Source: a virus (Duplodnaviria; Caudoviricetes). From it: a stretch of DNA of 51,627 bases. Positions 26,806 to 36,754 of this stretch are shown here, one piece after another. How positions within the stretch are numbered: position 1 is the stretch's first letter; each line of letters begins with the position of its first letter. The notes under the pieces were generated by a model. It had not been told where the DNA came from. It made no database searches and saw nothing but the letters and a program-made list of their open reading frames with translations. Location of the stretch: IMG/VR virus record IMGVR_UViG_3300017913_002163, positions 1 through 51,627 of that record. One strand, 5' to 3'. The translations under genes were made by a program, and so were the position numbers.

Positions 26806-28530
26806 TTAGTCTTCCTGAATCCTAAGTATTACTGCGATGTCTGCAGCTGTGTGTCCTGCATCTTGTGTAAGAGCTACTGATAGTTGATCTCCTGCATTAT
26901 AGTCAACACTACAAGTTTGGTTCAAAGTCTGATTACCGTTACCTGTTACTTCGATTGACTTTGATTGTACAGTAGTACCATTAACATCAATATCTAGTAA
27001 GAAAGTAGATGATGATCCACCGTATGAGCTAGAAACAAAGCGTGCTGTGATATTTGTAGCCGTTCCAGCAACTGGCATCGTATAGCCGTTTGGTGGTGAC
27101 GATCCGTCGACAGTAAAGAGATCTGTATTTGATGCACTAGATGTTGCAGCATTGCGGCCAAATGTCATATATGCGACTGCTGCGTTGTTGCGATGAACTG
27201 GGAACCAACCATCAGAGTCAGACATCTCAACGCGATTATCTGTAGTTGAATAATGAATAGCACCCTTACGATAGTCGTCATCATAAAATGCATTTGTGCT
27301 ATACTGTGTACGATTAGTATTCGTGTTATGCGGCAACATAATCAAGCCAGCATTACCCATTACAGAGAAAGCACCGTTTGATGGTGAGTTAGTCTTGATA
27401 TACCAACCAGGTTTATTATCGTCTACAGTACGTAGTGTGACTGTGTTCGCGTTCACCATCAATGAATTAACTTGTGGATCCTGCGAGTGAGTGATGTTTG
27501 CTCCGCCATTCGCGAAGAATAATCTTTGACCAGAATCCATTGAGATGGCTTGTTCTGATTTTAGAGTTCCACCGCCAAATGTATATTGGCTATCAACGTA
27601 CGAGATAGTACCACCACCGAGGAAGATCGTATTGCCACTTAAGTGTAGGTCTTTCCACTTCTTAGTTGGTGAACCAAGATCGTATACAGAATCAAGTAAT
27701 GGCACTAAGTCTTGATTCACTGCACCGAGATTTGACTCGATCATCGCTTGACCTTCAGCCGAATCAAGTGCATTTGGCGCGTCTTCAACACGAGCATTTA
27801 CGTATGCTGAGTCAACTAACACGAGAGTATCAGAATCATGTCTTGCTGTAGTATAGTAAAGATTTACTACACCTTCAGCAATAGTATCTGTATTACCAGT
27901 TAATGTCTGCTGTAGTTCTGCAATATCAGAATCGTGTGCAAGTACTGTAGGATGATTATCAATAGCAGAATCTGTTTGAGCAGCAGACATCAAGAAATTC
28001 AAAGCTAAGTTTGAATCGAGATAATGTGTTTGTCTTGCTTGAATATATGCTGCATCAATGTAAGCAGTAACGTCGGCAGAGTCAAGAGATATGCGAACTG
28101 CACGTGCTGAATCGAGGAAACCTTCAGCGAACATAGCATCGATAGCTGATGCAGAATCGAGAAGTTTTGTATTACCACCTCTAATGCCTAAGATGTGGTC
28201 TTTATTGATAATACGAGTAATATCGCTTAAGAATGCTAGAGTACCAGAGCTATCTTGCATGCTCTGTATGTTAATTTGTGTAGGATCAGTTGGTATAAGA
28301 CGTGTGACAGTAGCGAAAGAGTCTTTCGTTGCACCGTCGAACAAGATCCCATCAAACCCAAATCCAATACCATTTGAGTTCGTAGCTGATAGACTCAAGC
28401 TTAGGCTCAAAGCCGTCATTTGAGAATATAAGTCTTGGAAGTTTTGATTTATCTTGTTAGCGCCGGTTCTGAGGTCATCACCTGTACCATCATTACCAGC
28501 AGTACCAACACCAATTATTTGTCTTGCCAT
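26806..28530 (-). CDS. gp9/gp10-like baseplate-fibre connector or short fibre
   Basis: N-terminal RQII.VG...NDGTGD.LR.G..KIN.NF (gp9/gp10 motif); YDLGSPTKKWKDL.L fibre motif; many DS motifs. Confidence 0.75.
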   Translation of the reverse strand: MARQIIGVGTAGNDGTGDDLRTGANKINQNFQDLYSQMTALSLSLSLSATNSNGIGFGFDGILFDGATKDSFATVTRLIPTDPTQINIQSMQDSSGTLAFLSDITRIINKDHILGIRGGNTKLLDSASAIDAMFAEGFLDSARAVRISLDSADVTAYIDAAYIQARQTHYLDSNLALNFLMSAAQTDSAIDNHPTVLAHDSDIAELQQTLTGNTDTIAEGVVNLYYTTARHDSDTLVLVDSAYVNARVEDAPNALDSAEGQAMIESNLGAVNQDLVPLLDSVYDLGSPTKKWKDLHLSGNTIFLGGGTISYVDSQYTFGGGTLKSEQAISMDSGQRLFFANGGANITHSQDPQVNSLMVNANTVTLRTVDDNKPGWYIKTNSPSNGAFSVMGNAGLIMLPHNTNTNRTQYSTNAFYDDDYRKGAIHYSTTDNRVEMSDSDGWFPVHRNNAAVAYMTFGRNAATSSASNTDLFTVDGSSPPNGYTMPVAGTATNITARFVSSSYGGSSSTFLLDIDVNGTTVQSKSIEVTGNGNQTLNQTCSVDYNAGDQLSVALTQDAGHTAADIAVILRIQED

Positions 28531-28557
28531 TTTTTATTCCTACAGAATATTTAATCT

Positions 28558-28565
28558 TATTTATA
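28558..28565 (-). promoter_or_regulatory. T4-type late promoter
   Basis: Exact TATAAATA in the intergenic gap before ATG 28530. Confidence 0.8.
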
Positions 28566-28571
28566 ACAGTT

Positions 28572-29645
28572 TTACGGACTATTTAAGATATATCCACTCT
28601 TGACATAGCCAGGAGCAACGAATTGACCTTGATCAGATCTATATGATTGGAACTGTCTCATATCATAACGTTCATATGTATTATCAAATGTAATAGCCGT
28701 TGCATTTGAGTCGAGTGTATTATCGTAAGTAATACCCCAATCTGCCCACTCTTTCAGATCTTTGTATTCAAGTACTACATCACTAATGCTAGCATAAAGT
28801 TTACTACCAACTCCAACAGCCATGGCAGAATCTGCCCAATAGCCGATCAAACGATAAGGGTTTGTGCGATATTGCGGAGTATTGATATGACCACCTGGTG
28901 ATAAGTAACTGTTTCTGAAATAATCATTCAGATGAGATACTTCACCAGCAGCAGACCTTGTGATACCTGCATTGCCAGTAAGAAACTGAATATTCTTAAA
29001 TGGATCTGGTACCGACTCGTCAGTCTTGATAACAATACCATCTTGACCTTCGAGTAATACTTCAGCAGAAAGATAGAAACCAGAAGGGTGTACAAACTTT
29101 CTCCATAGTTCTTCCCAAGTAGAGATAGACAATGGAGATTTAATAAACAGAGAGAAGACCTGAAACTTTGCTGAGTTCTGTGTTACATATCCATGGTTAG
29201 GACCAATCTGACCACCACCAATATTTAAGATTTGTTTCTTTGGATATGATATCTCTACGTCTTCATCAAAGAAACCTCGAAAGAATCCTTCACCTGAAAA
29301 AAGAGAACCTTTGACACGAAAGAAGTTACCGAAATTACGAATCGCTTCTCGTGGAAACTTAAACTGATCATGCGATACGCCGAGAGCCAACTCGCCGAAT
29401 ATATAATCAAGATCTGACAGCTTTGTATCTTCAACGTCTCTTACTGATTGTAGCTCGTTGATTATACCACCAAAAGATTGGTCTGAATCCAAATAATCAT
29501 AATATCCTTCGAGAAACTCACAAAGGTTTGGATAGTCTTCTCTGAAATGTTCAGGTAAAGCTTCTTGTACAATACTCTTACGCATATTTGGCGTAAGACG
29601 ATTGTAATCCTTTAAGGTTTCACTTGATCCGTTTCTATGTGCCAT
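28572..29645 (-). CDS. gp7: Baseplate wedge initiator gp7 (short form)
   Basis: LPE.F.EDYP...EFL..YY.YL, F...KGS, FQ.FS..IKS...I..W....K.VHPSGF; lies between gp6 and gp8. Confidence 0.75.
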   Translation of the reverse strand: MAHRNGSSETLKDYNRLTPNMRKSIVQEALPEHFREDYPNLCEFLEGYYDYLDSDQSFGGIINELQSVRDVEDTKLSDLDYIFGELALGVSHDQFKFPREAIRNFGNFFRVKGSLFSGEGFFRGFFDEDVEISYPKKQILNIGGGQIGPNHGYVTQNSAKFQVFSLFIKSPLSISTWEELWRKFVHPSGFYLSAEVLLEGQDGIVIKTDESVPDPFKNIQFLTGNAGITRSAAGEVSHLNDYFRNSYLSPGGHINTPQYRTNPYRLIGYWADSAMAVGVGSKLYASISDVVLEYKDLKEWADWGITYDNTLDSNATAITFDNTYERYDMRQFQSYRSDQGQFVAPGYVKSGYILNSP

Positions 29646-31486
29646 TATGCATCAATTTCCAATGTAGTAGTTTGTCTATCGATGATTGCTGTTGCTGATG
29701 TTACGTCTTCGTCAAGTGATAAGATATAATTACGTAAAGGTTTGATAAAGCTTTGATTCTCTGGAATAACACTCACTTTGATATAGTTAACACCAAATAA
29801 GAGTGCTTGTGGATTAATAGCAACGATGTCGACGATACCGTCTTGCGGTCTATACTCGCCGACATTATTAAAGAGAACATTACCATTCAAATCATATATC
29901 TGTAGTATAGTGCTCTCGAGCTTGTTCTTAATTAATGCAACTTTACCATTATATTGAAAAGTAGTAGTTGTAACAATTGGTTGTACGTCATCTGGTGATG
30001 CGATCTTCATTGGAAATGCTAGCTTATGATCAGTGTTCTGACCAATCGTTGGACTAAATCGAAGTTGAGCCTTAACGTCCTGCTTAGTAGATAATATAGC
30101 CGGACTGAGAGCATCGATCTCTGTCAATAAGTTAGAACGACGATATACCGCATCGAACTTACCGAGATTATTTCTAAAGTAAGTCTTCTTAAAGTTAAAG
30201 ACTTCGGCTTCTGTACTAAACAAAGTATTACCAGTCAATGCTGGATCAAACTGGAAGTTGGTAGTCAACTCGATAAAAGTATCTACTGGATCAGTAAATT
30301 TGGTTTCGATCGACATAACCGCCAAGTTCTTTGTGAAGTTATTGACGATAGAGTTTTTAATCGCTGACTGTGTTGCGGCTGTAGTATTCGTATCAAACTT
30401 GAGTGATACGTATACACGACCATAATCAATCGGCACATTCTGATCACCGCTCCATACTGCGCAATCTTTTACTGCAGTATAGTTACTTAAGATAGTAGAC
30501 TTATAATCGAGAGATGTAACAAGTCGCTGCTGTGATGCGTATGCATATGGAGCTAACTGTTTGATTGACTCAACTGATTGTTTATCAGCACCACCTGCAG
30601 AGTTAGCAGCCGTAGTTACAATTAGATTATAGTTTTGGCCAAGTATCGAAACTGGAGAATTAGCAGTGAATGAACCTGCGTCATTAGCAGCTGGTCCAAC
30701 TGTAGTAAGATATGTAACTTCGATCTTGTTTCCTGGTTCTGGTGATTTACCAAATGAGATGCCGTCACCGAAGTTGAGTTCATAGTAACCGTTAGGAGCT
30801 TCTGACATGGTAAAGAAAGTAGAATCACCATCAACTTCAATAGCTGTCTTGATCGGCGCATATGAAGTAAACGCTGATGACGTAGCAGTATCAAATACTT
30901 TTACGACCGCAGTAGATTTATCCATGTTTTCATCTGGTATGATATAGATCGTACGTTCGCTCTTCTCTCCAGCTAAGAAAGTCTTTACACGCTCAACGCC
31001 TTCTGTAATTGGAATGTCAGCAGAACCTCCAGTTGTTTTGAAATCATATAAACCGAAACCGTTGTCACGACCAAAATAAGTTTCAGTTGTTCTGAATGTA
31101 TAAGATACGCCATCAACTGAACCAGTAAACTGTGTGCCTTTTGCTAATTCAACCGTTACTGGTCTGTTAGATACTGCAGATAAGTTGACCGACAAGTTGA
31201 CATATCCAATCGCTCCGGTCATTGATCTTACGTCATAACCTAATGTATTTGCGTGTGATACTACTGAACTTCGTAGTTGAGCCGTACTCAGGAATGACTC
31301 ATTCATGGCATAGTTTGCAGTCAATCCATTAACGTGTGTATTATATGCTAACACGTCCAATACATTTGACAAACCTGACGCTTCGAAGTCATAGTCCTTA
31401 AATTCATCTGTAGACTTAAAATAATTCTTTAAGCTAGATTTGATATTATCAAAATCTAAATCAGATGTTTTGATAGTTGTTGCCAT
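29645..31486 (-). CDS. gp6: Baseplate wedge subunit gp6
   Basis: LDFD.IK..LK.Y.....EF.DYDFE.SGLS..LDVLAYNTH, SFL.TAQLRSSVVS.A, Q.RLVT..DY. Confidence 0.95.
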   Translation of the reverse strand: MATTIKTSDLDFDNIKSSLKNYFKSTDEFKDYDFEASGLSNVLDVLAYNTHVNGLTANYAMNESFLSTAQLRSSVVSHANTLGYDVRSMTGAIGYVNLSVNLSAVSNRPVTVELAKGTQFTGSVDGVSYTFRTTETYFGRDNGFGLYDFKTTGGSADIPITEGVERVKTFLAGEKSERTIYIIPDENMDKSTAVVKVFDTATSSAFTSYAPIKTAIEVDGDSTFFTMSEAPNGYYELNFGDGISFGKSPEPGNKIEVTYLTTVGPAANDAGSFTANSPVSILGQNYNLIVTTAANSAGGADKQSVESIKQLAPYAYASQQRLVTSLDYKSTILSNYTAVKDCAVWSGDQNVPIDYGRVYVSLKFDTNTTAATQSAIKNSIVNNFTKNLAVMSIETKFTDPVDTFIELTTNFQFDPALTGNTLFSTEAEVFNFKKTYFRNNLGKFDAVYRRSNLLTEIDALSPAILSTKQDVKAQLRFSPTIGQNTDHKLAFPMKIASPDDVQPIVTTTTFQYNGKVALIKNKLESTILQIYDLNGNVLFNNVGEYRPQDGIVDIVAINPQALLFGVNYIKVSVIPENQSFIKPLRNYILSLDEDVTSATAIIDRQTTTLEIDA

Positions 31487-31929
31487 TATCTCAGTCTCGC
31501 TATGTTAAGTTCGAGCGTAACGACTTCTCCAATATTGATGACTTCAAATTCAACCGTTGCTCTTAATTCGTTTCTATCTGATATTGTCTCAACTGCCACA
31601 CTCAACACTCTTGCTCTCGGTTCGTGTATTGATATGGCATTTGCTATTTGGTCTGATACACCACGCGCGTCATAATTCGTATCGAGGTCAAACAATGCGC
31701 TATTCAAATTAGCACCAAATGTTGGGTTAAAAGGCTTTTCAGTGTCAGAAGTCAGAAGCAAGTTCTTCACAGCCTGTTTGACTGCGGCTGCTTCTTTCTT
31801 CTTATAAAGATCTCCAGATGGACGCTTAGCAAAAAGAAGATCGATGTCCAAATATTCACGCGCTATTGAACTGCGTATGGTCTTCTTATCTAAGTTTCCG
31901 TCTTGTAAAGAAAATGCTCTTTGTACCAT
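31486..31929 (-). CDS. gp25: Baseplate wedge subunit gp25
   Basis: Y.DIDL.F, AVKQAVKNLLLT...EKPFNP.FG..L...LF, I..HEPR. Confidence 0.93.
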   Translation of the reverse strand: MVQRAFSLQDGNLDKKTIRSSIAREYLDIDLLFAKRPSGDLYKKKEAAAVKQAVKNLLLTSDTEKPFNPTFGANLNSALFDLDTNYDARGVSDQIANAISIHEPRARVLSVAVETISDRNELRATVEFEVINIGEVVTLELNIARLR

Positions 31930-31945
31930 TGTTACCTCTTACCAC

Positions 31946-31953
31946 TATTTATA
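31946..31953 (-). promoter_or_regulatory. T4-type late promoter
   Basis: Exact TATAAATA just upstream of gp25. Confidence 0.75.
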
Positions 31954-32548
31954 CGCTTTTCAAGATCTCTACGATCTCACCTTGCGATTGAGTGTGATTA
32001 TTAAATGTGGTCTCAATCTTATTAGCGTACTCTACTTCCCACGGAGGTGTAATACGAGGCATGACAAGAACTATCTCTGCGTGTAGCTTACCGTTAGGTG
32101 CGTACGTATCATAAGAAAGAATCATCTTTTCAAACTGTAAGTTATCTTTCCAATACACAGCTAGATCAAAAGTCTTCTCATGAGCTATATTGCCGTTTAC
32201 ATCTCTCAACTCATAAACGACTGCACGACCCTTTGATTTTAAGTAATTGACACTATCAATTTGTAGTTCTTCACCTGCATACTTTTTGTATAAGCCTTCA
32301 CTAACTACCAATCGATAGTCCTTAAATTGACCTTCATTTTCAGACACAGTTTTGATCGCTGCAGCATGTAAACAATATTGTTTAGCTATGATGATCTTTT
32401 CGTTATCATCTGTGATATGATTAAAGTTTGCAGCATTACCTAATCCACCAAGAAACTTTGCCATGGTGACACCTTTACCCAACTTCGTTTTATTGGTAAT
32501 AGGTGTATTTCTCTCAGGATTAAAAGCGTTCTCTACTTGAAATATCAT
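31949..32548 (-). CDS. gp5-associated protein, possibly a degenerate peptidase M15A fold
   Basis: KLGKGVTMAKF / VVSEGLY / KGRAV / FEKMILSY / LH align loosely with M15A motifs; Zn ligands not evident. Confidence 0.45.
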   Translation of the reverse strand: MIFQVENAFNPERNTPITNKTKLGKGVTMAKFLGGLGNAANFNHITDDNEKIIIAKQYCLHAAAIKTVSENEGQFKDYRLVVSEGLYKKYAGEELQIDSVNYLKSKGRAVVYELRDVNGNIAHEKTFDLAVYWKDNLQFEKMILSYDTYAPNGKLHAEIVLVMPRITPPWEVEYANKIETTFNNHTQSQGEIVEILKSV

Positions 32549-34014
32549 GTAAACCTCTTATTCACTCCGCCACCAGCACCAGGCAATATATTTGTACCTC
32601 GCTTAGGCGTTTGATCCCTATTTTCTATTCTACCATACCCAAATGGTGGAGTAATAGTATTGAACTCTGTGCCTAACTTGCCTTCAATCTGCTGTTCGGT
32701 AATAAAGTCTTGGTTACCCAGCGTGATTGGATCTCTCAGCTTAGCCCGAACCTCTGCAGTTGTTAGCTTACGTTCAGCTACGTTGTTATAATCATTTTCT
32801 TTTCTGAATGCATCTTTGAGAGATTCATTTACTGTAACACTTCGAGTACCTAAGAACTGTTTATGTAGTAAGTCTCGTATATTTGTATTATCCTGTTTGA
32901 ACGTTGCTTTAGGATCAACTGACACCGCTGTATGAGTTTGAATCGTTTGTGTACCACCTCCAGATCCTGGGCCTGGTGGAGCTGAACCAGCTTGGTCAGC
33001 CGCGGCTGCGAATGAAGCTTTACCGTCCAGTGTACCGTGGAATGTAGTAGCATGCATAGATGTAGCATTAACTCGATCAGTATATGCAGTATTTGTGGTG
33101 ATTGTATCTACAGCAGTGATAGAGTGACCTGTATACATGTTATAGTTGTACATGATAACGTTTTCTCCGCCGAACGTACCACTATCTGCAGTAGCAACTA
33201 TCTTCTCACCGTTCATGTTGATTTCTTGTGATGCGATGACAACGTCTCGTGCACCTGTCATCATGAGTGTACCAACCTTCTTACCAGATCCATCGTCTGG
33301 ATCTTTATAACCTACAAAGAGATTACCATCACCTTCTACAAACTGATCCCAGTTGCCTTTCACGATACTACTGTGGAAACCAAATGTCAAATCATTACGA
33401 TTATCTCCAACATTCGTAGACATATTATGACCAATCGTAGTTGCTTGGCTTCCAGTTATATCGTACTTTGTGCTACCTTTAATCGTTTCTTTCTTATCAC
33501 CACCTGTCGTGACATTGAAGTCACCACCAACGTTGATATCGAGGTTGCCAGAAACAGTTAGCTTCATGTTGCCGTTGTATACTAATTCACCGTTTCCTTC
33601 AACAATTACCTTTTCATCGCCAGCGGTTACACGTACAGTATTATTACGTGCATTAATGATCACGGTACCATCAGGCCTGAGATCTACACCTGCACCTGTA
33701 CGATGTTTAATCAATACACGTTCTGAACCTGCCGTATCGTCAGTTTCGATCACATGCCCAGACTGTGTTTCTCTTACTTGAGCATAAGGATACTTAGTTG
33801 GCTGTAAAGGTTTTACATCAAGGTTGAGTGCTACATGTCCTCCACCAACATGTAGTTCATTACGATAAACACCTCTTTCAGCCTTATTAGTAGACTGAAC
33901 ATCAATATAATCTCTACGTGGGAATACGCCTTGAGGATCAAAGAATCCAGGCTTTGGTGGTACACTAATCTCATCTTCGATATTTTCAAATTCATCTGCT
34001 GGATTATCAACCAT
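32545..34014 (-). CDS. gp5: gp5 C-terminal part (beta-helix needle)
   Basis: F.DP.G.FP, YPY..V.ET.SGH.IE.DDT.G.ER....HRTG, then V.G 8-residue repeats. Confidence 0.85.
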   Translation of the reverse strand: MVDNPADEFENIEDEISVPPKPGFFDPQGVFPRRDYIDVQSTNKAERGVYRNELHVGGGHVALNLDVKPLQPTKYPYAQVRETQSGHVIETDDTAGSERVLIKHRTGAGVDLRPDGTVIINARNNTVRVTAGDEKVIVEGNGELVYNGNMKLTVSGNLDINVGGDFNVTTGGDKKETIKGSTKYDITGSQATTIGHNMSTNVGDNRNDLTFGFHSSIVKGNWDQFVEGDGNLFVGYKDPDDGSGKKVGTLMMTGARDVVIASQEINMNGEKIVATADSGTFGGENVIMYNYNMYTGHSITAVDTITTNTAYTDRVNATSMHATTFHGTLDGKASFAAAADQAGSAPPGPGSGGGTQTIQTHTAVSVDPKATFKQDNTNIRDLLHKQFLGTRSVTVNESLKDAFRKENDYNNVAERKLTTAEVRAKLRDPITLGNQDFITEQQIEGKLGTEFNTITPPFGYGRIENRDQTPKRGTNILPGAGGGVNKRFT

Positions 34015-35870
34015 TATACATATGTCCCTTTATCTTTACTGTACTTATGACCACGTTCAATCAACTCTTGACGAGTTCCTTGTGCTGATTTGATATCATC
34101 AGTTAATTTGTCTTCAGCACTCAATAAACTAGTAATTGGTTTAGTAACTGCTTTTGCTACATCTGCTAAGTTGCTTAATATGCTGTTATTCTGTAAGCCT
34201 ATACCACTCGCTATTTTACCTGCAGCATTCTCGAACGAAAGAGATTTACTACTTAAATCGGTTGCACTGAATGTCTTTAGTTTACCGGTATCCCTATCAA
34301 GTTGATCGAACTTCTCACTGTTCTTCTTAATGTCAGAAATCGATTTGTTTTCTGTTGGATCATCTTCTACTTGCACAGTCGTAGCAGCTGGTAGTTCTGC
34401 TAAGTCACTAGCTGATTTAGCTCCGTCAAAGTCTCTGTCATAAACACTATCTTTATTGAACTTAGTACGTACGTAATCTCTGACATCAAATCCTGGCCCT
34501 GTATTAGCTTTACCAGTAATTTCAGGGCCGCTTGCAAACTCTCCACCTGGTACTAACTTTAAGAAAGTCTGAATACCAATATCTAACGACTTAAATTGTT
34601 CTGAACTAATAGATGCTTTACTAAGATACTTCTTCCAATCAGGATTATCAAATGGTTCAGTAGAGCCAGCGACTAATGCTATACTTACTATCGGTCCAGC
34701 CCTTGCATCAGCTTCAAAAACAGGTTCTGTAATTGGCCTTCCTCTATGTACACTACCATCTGGTTGAATGATATAATTGATAGGTAAACCATAAGCTTTA
34801 CTATTTGCTTGCAATGCTGCTCTACCATATTTCTTTTCTTGGCTTGATGATTGACTTTGATGTATTTTTGCAACAGTAGACTCAAAGTCTGATGGAGTCT
34901 GAGTCCACTGAATTGACATGGTTGTTATCTCTCGTGCAGCTAATCCGTTAATGAGATCTGTTTCCCATTCTTCTGCTGATGTTATCTTTTCGAATATGTA
35001 AATAGAAGAACCAGAACTCGTCGGTGTATCCAGACCAATCGTCAACCATCCTAACCATTCGCTATAATTAGCTTTCATATCAAACGGAGAACGAGTAGGT
35101 TTGATTTGCTGGTTGTTCGGTAAACCTTTAGTCAATGTACCAGAAAGATTTGTAGAACCAGATTTTTGAACGATAGGTGTAAAAACCTTTTGGCCACTTA
35201 CTGGATCAGTAGCAAATGATGTAGTATCGTTGATGATTTGGCCAACCGCTTGCATAGGATTTCCACCAGTAACGATAGATGCTACTGTAGCTATAATATT
35301 AGAGAAACTAAAACCAGGTGCAGCGTTAGAAAATGTAGAACCAATAGGATTCTTTAACTTGACAGTTTGTTTCTTTGCAAAGTCTGTATTTACTTTTTTC
35401 AACTCTGCTTTCGCATCAATCGTTTCTGCTTTTACTGCCGTGTTTGGCAGTGGCGATGATGATTTTACTGTAGTACTCACTGCAGTAGGTGAAGACTTAA
35501 GTGTAGCTTCCATCGTCTTCTTCATACCGTCTGGAGTAGATTGAGTTATAGCAACGCTAAGAGAACCGTCTGCGGCTTTGCGACTTAATAAGTTGATGTT
35601 AGTAGTTTGTGCAGCTGACTTCTTTACACCATCGATAGAGTCTGTTGCTATACACACCTGAGGACCATCTATAGTAATTGACCCTTCGATTGGATCACTG
35701 CCTAATATTTTGAATCCTGCTACTGCACCACCCGGTGTAGTCTGTACGACTGCTTTCATAGCAATGTGATTGGCTTGTTGCTCTTGAATCTTATAGCTAT
35801 TTTGACCAACTTGTACATCAGTTGGTATCCCTTTTACAGCGTTGTTAATTTGTGCTTTATTGATCGTCAT
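34014..35870 (-). CDS. Baseplate protein with a degenerate Amidase_2 (T7 lysozyme/PGRP-like) domain
   Basis: NYIIQPDGSVHRGRP, SIALV.G, EQFKSL, GPGFDV..YV; Zn ligands substituted. Confidence 0.65.
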   Translation of the reverse strand: MTINKAQINNAVKGIPTDVQVGQNSYKIQEQQANHIAMKAVVQTTPGGAVAGFKILGSDPIEGSITIDGPQVCIATDSIDGVKKSAAQTTNINLLSRKAADGSLSVAITQSTPDGMKKTMEATLKSSPTAVSTTVKSSSPLPNTAVKAETIDAKAELKKVNTDFAKKQTVKLKNPIGSTFSNAAPGFSFSNIIATVASIVTGGNPMQAVGQIINDTTSFATDPVSGQKVFTPIVQKSGSTNLSGTLTKGLPNNQQIKPTRSPFDMKANYSEWLGWLTIGLDTPTSSGSSIYIFEKITSAEEWETDLINGLAAREITTMSIQWTQTPSDFESTVAKIHQSQSSSQEKKYGRAALQANSKAYGLPINYIIQPDGSVHRGRPITEPVFEADARAGPIVSIALVAGSTEPFDNPDWKKYLSKASISSEQFKSLDIGIQTFLKLVPGGEFASGPEITGKANTGPGFDVRDYVRTKFNKDSVYDRDFDGAKSASDLAELPAATTVQVEDDPTENKSISDIKKNSEKFDQLDRDTGKLKTFSATDLSSKSLSFENAAGKIASGIGLQNNSILSNLADVAKAVTKPITSLLSAEDKLTDDIKSAQGTRQELIERGHKYSKDKGTYV

Positions 35871-36754
35871 ACCATTGCCTCATGTATCTCACGAGCTTTT
35901 GCTAGTCTGTCAGGAAATGAGCCAGGTTGTGGCTTCTCATATTTTTCTTCAAATACTCGAGTAGCTTCTTCGATGTCTGCTGCTGCTAACAATTTATGAT
36001 AACCAAAGTCTTCTGGCACTTCTTCGAGTTCGTATCGAATAAAAGATAGTTGAGCATATAAACTATCATTTGGCAAGTTAGCGTTAGCACAATATGCTTT
36101 AAGATTACCAAGCCTATCACCAGCAAGCGGAGATGGATTCCACTGTGCTATACCCCATGACCCTTCACCTGGAACATTACTGCCCTTTTTAGGATCGATA
36201 TCGTCTGGCCCAGATTCGATAAGCAAGTTGCCTACTATGCCAGCACATACGTGTGATGCATAACCGAGTCTTAAGAAATAGTTATAAGCCTTCTCAGAGT
36301 TAGTAGAACCTTCAAGAAATACATCATCAATATCTGATTTAGGCACCGTATTCTTTTTAGTTGGAGTATTTACCTGATCAAATGATTCATTCTCTTCACC
36401 AATACTGAGAGTATTATATTTTACCCTTTCAGTAGCGACTTCAAACTTTGGTATACTTCCAATAACGAGTGGTAGCTGAGAGTTCTTACCATCTAAGAAT
36501 ATGCCAAACACTTGAGCCATAGGTTTCAATCCCACAACTGTACCGATACCAGAACTTCCACCTTCTGTAGTTGGCATATTCACTGAGGCCCATGGTAATT
36601 CACCTGTACTAGCATCAGCAGTAGATTCTGGATGAATACCGTATATACGCACTTGCACTCTACCTAGCTTGAGTGGGTCATTGATGCTGACAACACGACC
36701 AATAAACCATCGAGTCTCATCTCCGTAATAAGCTTTTCTAGATGAAGGTATCAT
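35867..36754 (-). CDS. gp5: gp5 N-terminal OB fold fused to a phage tail lysozyme (Phage_lysozyme2-like)
   Basis: WFIG.V....DPLKLGRV.VRI.G.H, LPWA, VFG.FLDG...Q.P.VIG; then AGIVGNL..ESG, GIAQW, QL.FI.YEL, FE..YE.P. Confidence 0.85.
   Translation of the reverse strand: MIPSSRKAYYGDETRWFIGRVVSINDPLKLGRVQVRIYGIHPESTADASTGELPWASVNMPTTEGGSSGIGTVVGLKPMAQVFGIFLDGKNSQLPLVIGSIPKFEVATERVKYNTLSIGEENESFDQVNTPTKKNTVPKSDIDDVFLEGSTNSEKAYNYFLRLGYASHVCAGIVGNLLIESGPDDIDPKKGSNVPGEGSWGIAQWNPSPLAGDRLGNLKAYCANANLPNDSLYAQLSFIRYELEEVPEDFGYHKLLAAADIEEATRVFEEKYEKPQPGSFPDRLAKAREIHEAMV

Noticed and set aside
3497-28530. Many GANTC sites (CcrM/HinfI motif) in the fibre genes
   Set aside because: They arise from GAY-TCN Asp-Ser codons. 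Many DS pairs use AGY serine instead, so the signal is at protein level, not a DNA methylation motif.
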